A stretch of 64,000 nt of DNA from Podarcis bocagei (taxonomy: Eukaryota): the NCBI GenBank assembly GCA_964188305.1, contig OZ076895.1. The stretch is one strand, 5' to 3'. The notes below the pieces were generated by a model. The model saw only the letters and a list, made by a program, of their open reading frames with translations, had not been told where the DNA came from and did not search any database. Of this stretch, positions 62,701-64,000 are shown piece after piece. The translations under genes and the position numbers were made by a program. The stretch's first letter is position 1, and each line of letters begins with the position of its first letter.

Positions 62701-64000
62701 AATGGGGGCACAGCAGTTCTTAAAAACAACCACAGCACTTGACAAGTTTCGTGTCATGCCTAGTTTGGCTGTAATTTGTGAATTAGACTACAGCTAATTG
62801 GAACTAGCAAAGCACTTGTGAAATGAAATGGCTGCAAAGACCATCGGCAGGTATTCAGTGCTAGTCCTACTCAGAGTAGAGCCTATATATATTATATATT
62901 ACTAACTTAGGTTCATTTATTTCAATGGGTTTACTCTGAGTAGGACTTAGTTGACTTCATATCCCCCCCCCCCAGTGTCACACTGATGCTATGCTGGCAC
63001 TGAAAATACCTAGTGATTCATTAGCAGCAGTAGTTGGGTTTTAGCACCTTCGTGGTCACACTTACCATAGTTACAAGGATTAAATAGGCTTCTATTATGC
63101 AGAAACTTCTGTTACGAAATGTTGCAGAAAGCAGCAACCATTTTCATATGTTGTATGTAAAAATAATAAACATTATGTTACTGCTTTTTGAAAACACCCT
63201 GCTGTTACATTTACTAAATGAGCAAATAAGATTGGCAAATGATTTTTCTTCCTAGGAAAACCTCAAAGTGATTGCAGCAAAAAATGGGTACATCATGTTC
63301 TACAATTTGCTAGAGGTAAGAGTACTTGATTTTGTAACCCATTTTGTAAGGCCTTTGGATGCAGGGTTTTGTCAGAGGAAATCCCACCTACTTGGAGACC
63401 TCTTGCATCTTACAGGTGATGGAACAGCTGTACTTACCGTGAATGGTATTTCACTGTGGATGTAAAGAGTGCTCCAAGACCCACCCTGCTAGCTTCCTGT
63501 GATTGTTCAATTTGCATCGAGGGGCATGGGACAATAATACATACTCAGTTTTTCTTATTCCTTGTGGGTTTTGCTTATTTCCAGGATGGTTTTTCTTCCA
63601 CTCCTTGTGGTGGTTTTCCTATTTTGTCTATATTTTATCACTTTCTGCCCTGTTGAATTCCAGTTTCTCCTAAGCCGTTCCAAGAAATGGGATTGAGGCT
63701 CAACAGGAAGAGAGCCAAAAAGTCTTCTGTATAATTTTTGGGCATTTCTTGTCTCCGAGCTGCGGAGTAGGCAACAGAACCTGCCTGGAGCCCTCTTTAC
63801 ATCCACAGTGAAATATCATTTATAGTATAAAAAACAAAAAACTGTGTCTTTTACCTTTTACTTTCTTTCAGAATTCAGGACTGATGGGTCTCATTAACGA
63901 TCCTCTTCATCAACCAGTCACCTTGTTTTGGCCCTCTGACAAAGTAATCAGGGCTCTGCCAAAGGACCAGCAGGATTCATTGTTTAAAATGTCAAACAAG
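1532..64000 (+). CDS. STAB2: Stabilin-2 (HARE/FEEL-2) multi-exon gene, 5' part: 51 coding exons, 1801 codons, runs off the window
   Basis: Exons bounded by AG/GT (one GC) join in one frame without stops. Architecture is signal peptide-[EGF cluster-FAS1-FAS1]x3. Peptides such as [44 protein letters not shown] and LEEKLLKND match my recollection of STAB2 rather than STAB1. Confidence 0.97.
2955..3088 (+). CDS. STAB2: STAB2 exon 2
   Basis: [45 protein letters not shown]; ctcag| ... |gtaatt. Confidence 0.93.
3135..3355 (+). mobile_element. Sauria SINE, 5'-truncated, older
   Basis: AAGTAGATAAAT...GGGAAGGTAAACGG...GCTGGCCACATGACC; (ACCTTT)n-like tail. Confidence 0.8.
3649..3674 (+). repeat. (GT)n microsatellite
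   Basis: Direct. Confidence 0.95.
4413..4626. mobile_element. Tigger/pogo-like MITE family B
   Basis: TIR CAGTGGTACCTCGGGTTA ... TAACCCGAGGTACCACTG; TA TSD. Confidence 0.9.
4636..4966 (+). mobile_element. L2 LINE 3' end
   Basis: Encodes [17 protein letters not shown] (L2 ORF2 C-terminus); (TTG)n tail. Confidence 0.8.
5305..5420 (+). CDS. STAB2: STAB2 exon 3
   Basis: [38 protein letters not shown]; AG/GT, phases 2/1. Confidence 0.93.
5858..5994. mobile_element. hAT-type palindromic MITE
   Basis: CAGGC...GCCTG termini, internal hairpin, exact 8-bp TSD GCCTATTG. Confidence 0.9.
6330..6730 (-). mobile_element. Old L2 fragment
   Basis: Minus-strand [22 protein letters not shown] resembles the L2 LHWLP..R..FK motif. 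Confidence 0.65.
7169..7254 (+). CDS. STAB2: STAB2 exon 4 (EGF-like)
   Basis: [29 protein letters not shown]; AG/GT. Confidence 0.93.
7519..7587 (+). repeat. (GAA)23 microsatellite
   Basis: Perfect trinucleotide run in intron 4. Confidence 0.97.
8034..8103 (+). CDS. STAB2: STAB2 exon 5
   Basis: [23 protein letters not shown]; AG/GT. Confidence 0.93.
9929..10024 (+). CDS. STAB2: STAB2 exon 6 (EGF-like)
   Basis: [32 protein letters not shown]; AG/GT. Confidence 0.93.
10134..10636 (-). mobile_element. Solo LTR (Gypsy-like), 503 bp
   Basis: TGTCA...TGACA termini; exact 5-bp TSD TATAG; orientation tentative from ATTAAA on the minus strand. Confidence 0.8.
10955..11080 (+). CDS. STAB2: STAB2 exon 7 (EGF-like)
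   Basis: [42 protein letters not shown]. Confidence 0.93.
11493..11629. mobile_element. hAT-type palindromic MITE (same family)
   Basis: TIR CAGGCTTCCTCAAACT; TSD ACTTGGGG/AATTGGGG. Confidence 0.87.
11934..12130 (+). CDS. STAB2: STAB2 exon 8 (EGF-like)
   Basis: [66 protein letters not shown]; AAG acceptor, GTAAGT donor. Confidence 0.93.
12255..13694. mobile_element. Tc2-like (Tc1/mariner) non-autonomous element, 1440 bp
   Basis: Perfect 27-bp TIR CCGTATTTTTCGCCCCATAAGACGCAC; TA TSD; CCGTATTT termini are typical of TcMar-Tc2. Confidence 0.9.
12507..13490. repeat. 148-bp GC-rich palindromic tandem repeat (~6.5 units)
   Basis: Period 148 (12507, 12655, 12803, 12951, 13099, 13247, 13395); each unit self-complementary; junction GCTGAGCTCAGC. 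Confidence 0.92.
14706..14839 (+). CDS. STAB2: STAB2 exon 9 (EGF-like)
   Basis: [44 protein letters not shown]. Confidence 0.93.
16125..16258 (+). CDS. STAB2: STAB2 exon 10
   Basis: [45 protein letters not shown]. Confidence 0.93.
16553..16903 (-). mobile_element. Full-length Sauria SINE
   Basis: tRNA-derived head with A box and B box (GGTTCGAATCCC) on the minus strand, ACCTTT tail; approximate TSD AATCCAGAGATA/AATCCAAAGATA. Confidence 0.9.
17154..17189 (+). repeat. (CA)18 microsatellite
   Basis: Direct. Confidence 0.95.
17636..17718 (+). CDS. STAB2: STAB2 exon 11 (FAS1-1 H1 motif)
   Basis: [28 protein letters not shown]; AAG acceptor fixed by phase. Confidence 0.9.
18534..19340 (-). mobile_element. 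Sauria SINE split by a solo LTR
   Basis: Colinear with 16553-16903 on both sides of 18778-19236. Confidence 0.88.
18778..19236. mobile_element. Solo LTR (Gypsy-like), 459 bp, nested in a Sauria SINE
   Basis: TGTCA...TGACA; TSD CTGGG/CTGAG; removing it restores the SINE as seen in the 16553-16903 copy. Confidence 0.82.
19677..19826 (+). CDS. STAB2: STAB2 exon 12 (FAS1-1)
   Basis: [50 protein letters not shown]. Confidence 0.93.
20413..20802 (-). mobile_element. CR1 LINE 3' end
   Basis: ORF2 C-terminus [21 protein letters not shown]...[17 protein letters not shown]; CR1-type CTATGATTCT tail. Confidence 0.92.
21541..21684 (+). CDS. STAB2: STAB2 exon 13 (FAS1-1 H2 motif)
   Basis: [48 protein letters not shown]. 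Confidence 0.93.
22492..22554 (+). CDS. STAB2: STAB2 exon 14
   Basis: [21 protein letters not shown]; AG/GTAAGA. Confidence 0.88.
22665..22784 (+). CDS. STAB2: STAB2 exon 15 (FAS1-2)
   Basis: [40 protein letters not shown]. Confidence 0.88.
23839..23972. mobile_element. hAT-type MITE, second family
   Basis: TIR CATGGGCATAGCCA / TGGCTATGCCCATG; TSD CATGATGC/CAGGATGC. Confidence 0.8.
24019..24072 (+). CDS. STAB2: STAB2 exon 16 (FAS1-2 YH motif)
   Basis: [18 protein letters not shown]. Confidence 0.93.
24580..24660 (+). CDS. STAB2: STAB2 exon 17
   Basis: [27 protein letters not shown]. Confidence 0.92.
25702..25920. mobile_element. Tigger/pogo-like MITE family B
   Basis: CAGAGGTACCTCGGGTTA ... 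GAGGTACCACTG; TA flanks; interior matches 4413-4626. Confidence 0.88.
26546..26698 (+). CDS. STAB2: STAB2 exon 18
   Basis: [51 protein letters not shown]. Confidence 0.94.
27074..27136 (+). CDS. STAB2: STAB2 exon 19
   Basis: [21 protein letters not shown]. Confidence 0.9.
27386..27469 (+). CDS. STAB2: STAB2 exon 20
   Basis: [28 protein letters not shown]. Confidence 0.9.
27800..28280 (+). mobile_element. Squam3-like tRNA SINE split by an L2 tail and the assembly gap
   Basis: TTGCATGCAGAA..CCCAGGTTCAATCCCC head; GGAGAGCTGCTGCCAGTCAGTGT tail; L2 3' end in antisense at 28091-28196. Confidence 0.6.
27884..28090. other. Assembly gap (207 N) in intron 20
   Basis: N run; exons 20 and 21 join in frame, so no exon appears to be lost. 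Confidence 0.98.
28610..28696 (+). CDS. STAB2: STAB2 exon 21
   Basis: [29 protein letters not shown]. Confidence 0.94.
29672..29783 (+). CDS. STAB2: STAB2 exon 22
   Basis: [37 protein letters not shown]. Confidence 0.94.
30048..30420. mobile_element. Old dispersed AT-rich repeat, probably hAT-derived (TAGGGATG end); relatives near 2170, 35690-36110 (-), 42420 and 58310
   Basis: Shared TTCTCATTTTTCCA.TCT.A.ATTCAGTTCTCCACATTT motif in five places. Confidence 0.55.
30786..30966 (+). CDS. STAB2: STAB2 exon 23
   Basis: [60 protein letters not shown]. Confidence 0.93.
31376..31985 (+). mobile_element. L2 3' end (interrupted by MITE B)
   Basis: [26 protein letters not shown]; (ATT)n tail. Confidence 0.85.
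31564..31805. mobile_element. Tigger/pogo-like MITE family B inserted in an L2
   Basis: Same TIRs, TA TSD; interrupts L2 sequence ...AACAACTA|TCTGACTTTTAG. Confidence 0.92.
32208..32301 (+). CDS. STAB2: STAB2 exon 24
   Basis: [32 protein letters not shown]. Confidence 0.93.
32519..32802. mobile_element. Tigger/pogo-like MITE family A with internal 18-bp minisatellite
   Basis: Same TIRs as 22-375, TA TSD; (AGCCGCTAAGCCGYTAAT)x4 at 32650-32721. Confidence 0.9.
32958..33116 (+). CDS. STAB2: STAB2 exon 25
   Basis: [53 protein letters not shown]. Confidence 0.94.
34502..34597 (+). CDS. STAB2: STAB2 exon 26
   Basis: [32 protein letters not shown]. Confidence 0.94.
34984..35400 (-). mobile_element. 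Penelope-like element 3' fragment (GIY-YIG C-terminus plus pseudo-LTR)
   Basis: Minus strand 35398-35282 reads [38 protein letters not shown], typical of the Penelope endonuclease end. Confidence 0.8.
37245..37340 (+). CDS. STAB2: STAB2 exon 27
   Basis: [32 protein letters not shown]. Confidence 0.94.
37647..39499. mobile_element. Tigger/pogo-like non-autonomous element, family A, 1853 bp with GC-rich fold-back interior
   Basis: TIR CAGTGGTACCCCGCAAGACGAA ... TTCGTCTTGCGAGGCACCACTG; TA TSD; no transposase ORF. Confidence 0.9.
38205..39197. repeat. 119-bp GC-rich tandem repeat, 2 forward units then ~5.5 inverted units
   Basis: Unit starts 38205/38324/38443; reverse-complement motif TATCCGCAGC at 38502/38621/38740/38859/38978/39097. 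Confidence 0.9.
39831..39878 (+). CDS. STAB2: STAB2 exon 28
   Basis: [16 protein letters not shown]; long pyrimidine tract + CAG, donor GTGAGT. Confidence 0.9.
40400..40945 (-). mobile_element. Degraded CR1-like LINE 3' region
   Basis: Resembles squamate CR1 3'UTR/ORF end in antisense (CCATCTAGTTCAGCATCCTG...); boundaries approximate. Confidence 0.5.
41074..41210 (+). CDS. STAB2: STAB2 exon 29 (FAS1-3)
   Basis: [46 protein letters not shown]. Confidence 0.9.
42135..42249 (+). CDS. STAB2: STAB2 exon 30
   Basis: [38 protein letters not shown]. Confidence 0.93.
42974..43051 (+). CDS. STAB2: STAB2 exon 31 (FAS1-3 H2)
   Basis: [26 protein letters not shown]. Confidence 0.94.
43296..43394 (+). 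CDS. STAB2: STAB2 exon 32
   Basis: [33 protein letters not shown]. Confidence 0.95.
43526..43633 (+). CDS. STAB2: STAB2 exon 33 (FAS1-4 H1)
   Basis: [36 protein letters not shown]. Confidence 0.94.
43784..43918. mobile_element. hAT-type palindromic MITE (same family)
   Basis: Exact 8-bp TSD TTCTATGT. Older degraded relatives near 5450, 6820, 17810, 21230, 26770, 35400, 41800, 45560, 57940 and 62215. Confidence 0.9.
44002..44048 (+). repeat. (TTA)n microsatellite
   Basis: Direct. Confidence 0.95.
44225..44910 (-). mobile_element. L2 3' end (interrupted by Penelope fragment)
   Basis: [27 protein letters not shown] on the minus strand; same family as 31376. Confidence 0.85.
44394..44618 (-). 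mobile_element. Penelope-like fragment nested in L2
   Basis: Near-identical to 35012-35226; 13-bp TSD ATCTAAAGGGGGG (44381-44393 / 44619-44631). Confidence 0.82.
45061..45192 (+). CDS. STAB2: STAB2 exon 34
   Basis: [44 protein letters not shown]. Confidence 0.94.
46572..46700 (+). CDS. STAB2: STAB2 exon 35
   Basis: [43 protein letters not shown]. Confidence 0.94.
47841..47897 (+). CDS. STAB2: STAB2 exon 36
   Basis: [19 protein letters not shown]; paralogous to exon 19. Confidence 0.87.
48668..48757 (+). CDS. STAB2: STAB2 exon 37
   Basis: [30 protein letters not shown]; donor ATT|GTGGGT fixed by phase. Confidence 0.85.
49539..49734 (+). CDS. STAB2: STAB2 exon 38
   Basis: [65 protein letters not shown]. 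Confidence 0.95.
50272..50367 (+). CDS. STAB2: STAB2 exon 39
   Basis: [32 protein letters not shown]. Confidence 0.93.
50824..50869 (+). CDS. STAB2: STAB2 exon 40
   Basis: [15 protein letters not shown]; phases 1/2. Confidence 0.9.
51278..51896. mobile_element. Tc2-like MITE, relative of 12255-13694
   Basis: TIR CCGTATTTTCCGTCCCATAGGACGCAC ... GTGCATCCTATAGGGCGAAAAATACGG; TA TSD; shared subterminal GATTTCCCCTTCATTTTTGGAGGGG. Confidence 0.9.
52005..52355 (-). mobile_element. Probable solo LTR, 351 bp
   Basis: TGTAA...TGACA; flanks ATTAG/GTTAG; AATAAA on the minus strand near 52080. Confidence 0.5.
52545..52621 (+). CDS. STAB2: STAB2 exon 41 (GC donor)
   Basis: [26 protein letters not shown]; donor CAG|GCAAGT required by phase. 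Confidence 0.88.
52961..53319 (-). mobile_element. L2 3' end, second subfamily, with (AAT)n tail
   Basis: Antisense [14 protein letters not shown]-like segment; related copy on the + strand at about 59334-59770. Confidence 0.7.
53917..54042 (+). CDS. STAB2: STAB2 exon 42
   Basis: [42 protein letters not shown]. Confidence 0.94.
54650..54723 (+). CDS. STAB2: STAB2 exon 43
   Basis: [25 protein letters not shown]; AAG acceptor. Confidence 0.92.
55846..55862 (+). promoter_or_regulatory. Candidate CTCF site in intron 43
   Basis: AACAGTAGATGGCGCTG vs consensus CCASYAGRKGGCRS. Confidence 0.5.
56276..56347 (+). CDS. STAB2: STAB2 exon 44
   Basis: [24 protein letters not shown]. Confidence 0.92.
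57790..57909 (+). CDS. STAB2: STAB2 exon 45
   Basis: [40 protein letters not shown]. Confidence 0.93.
58127..58174 (+). CDS. STAB2: STAB2 exon 46
   Basis: [16 protein letters not shown]; 48 nt phase 0/0 like paralogous exon 28; diverged sequence. Confidence 0.8.
58590..58673 (+). CDS. STAB2: STAB2 exon 47 (FAS1-5 H1)
   Basis: [28 protein letters not shown]. Confidence 0.92.
59334..59770 (+). mobile_element. L2 3' end with (AAT)n tail
   Basis: CTTTCCGCAGGGCCTG..AGACAGAGCTGTTCC and GCCCTGAGCC.GGCT shared with the reverse complement of 52961-53319. Confidence 0.7.
60325..60471 (+). CDS. STAB2: STAB2 exon 48
   Basis: [49 protein letters not shown]. Confidence 0.92.
61466..61606 (+). CDS. STAB2: STAB2 exon 49
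   Basis: [47 protein letters not shown]; donor AGG|GTGTGT is the only in-phase GT nearby. Confidence 0.87.
61920..62108 (-). mobile_element. MIR-like CORE SINE
   Basis: ATCCTCA..AACCCTGTGAGGT core and GGATTTGAACCC (antisense B box). Confidence 0.6.
63256..63315 (+). CDS. STAB2: STAB2 exon 50
   Basis: [20 protein letters not shown]. Confidence 0.92.
63437..63825. mobile_element. Unclassified TA-flanked MITE with ~40-bp TIRs
   Basis: ATTTCACTGTGGATGTAAAGAG and its exact reverse complement near the two ends; TA on both sides. Confidence 0.7.
63872..64000 (+). CDS. STAB2: STAB2 exon 51 (truncated by window end; FAS1-6)
   Basis: [43 protein letters not shown]. Confidence 0.93.

Noticed and set aside
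1532-64000. STAB1 as the identity, or a pseudogene
   Set aside because: Diagnostic peptides fit STAB2 better, and all 51 exons join without stops or frameshifts.

Overview
Vertebrate genomic DNA from a squamate reptile: Sauria SINEs, Squam-type SINEs, CR1, L2 and Penelope are present, and a lacertid-like lizard is my inference. The window is almost entirely the 5' ~70% of one + strand gene, stabilin-2 (STAB2/HARE, scavenger receptor for hyaluronan and phosphatidylserine). I assembled 51 coding exons by hand, from the ATG at 1532 to the window end: 5403 nt, 1801 codons, frame-consistent at every junction with no stops. They encode a signal peptide, three EGF/laminin-EGF clusters and FAS1 domains 1-5 plus part of 6; the Link, TM and tail regions lie beyond the window. 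One intron is GC-AG. Exon numbers are my own count. Introns are dense in transposons: TA-flanked Tigger/pogo-like and Tc2-like MITEs, hAT MITEs with 8-bp TSDs, solo LTRs with 5-bp TSDs, SINEs and LINE 3' ends, with several resolvable nested insertions. The most unusual structure is a set of non-autonomous DNA transposons whose interiors are GC/CpG-rich tandem arrays of hairpin units (148 bp and 119 bp). One is arranged as a large fold-back, and the same internal module occurs between two different TIR families. There is no prokaryotic-type system (no CRISPR or operon). Comparisons to human STAB2 are from memory, not from a search.
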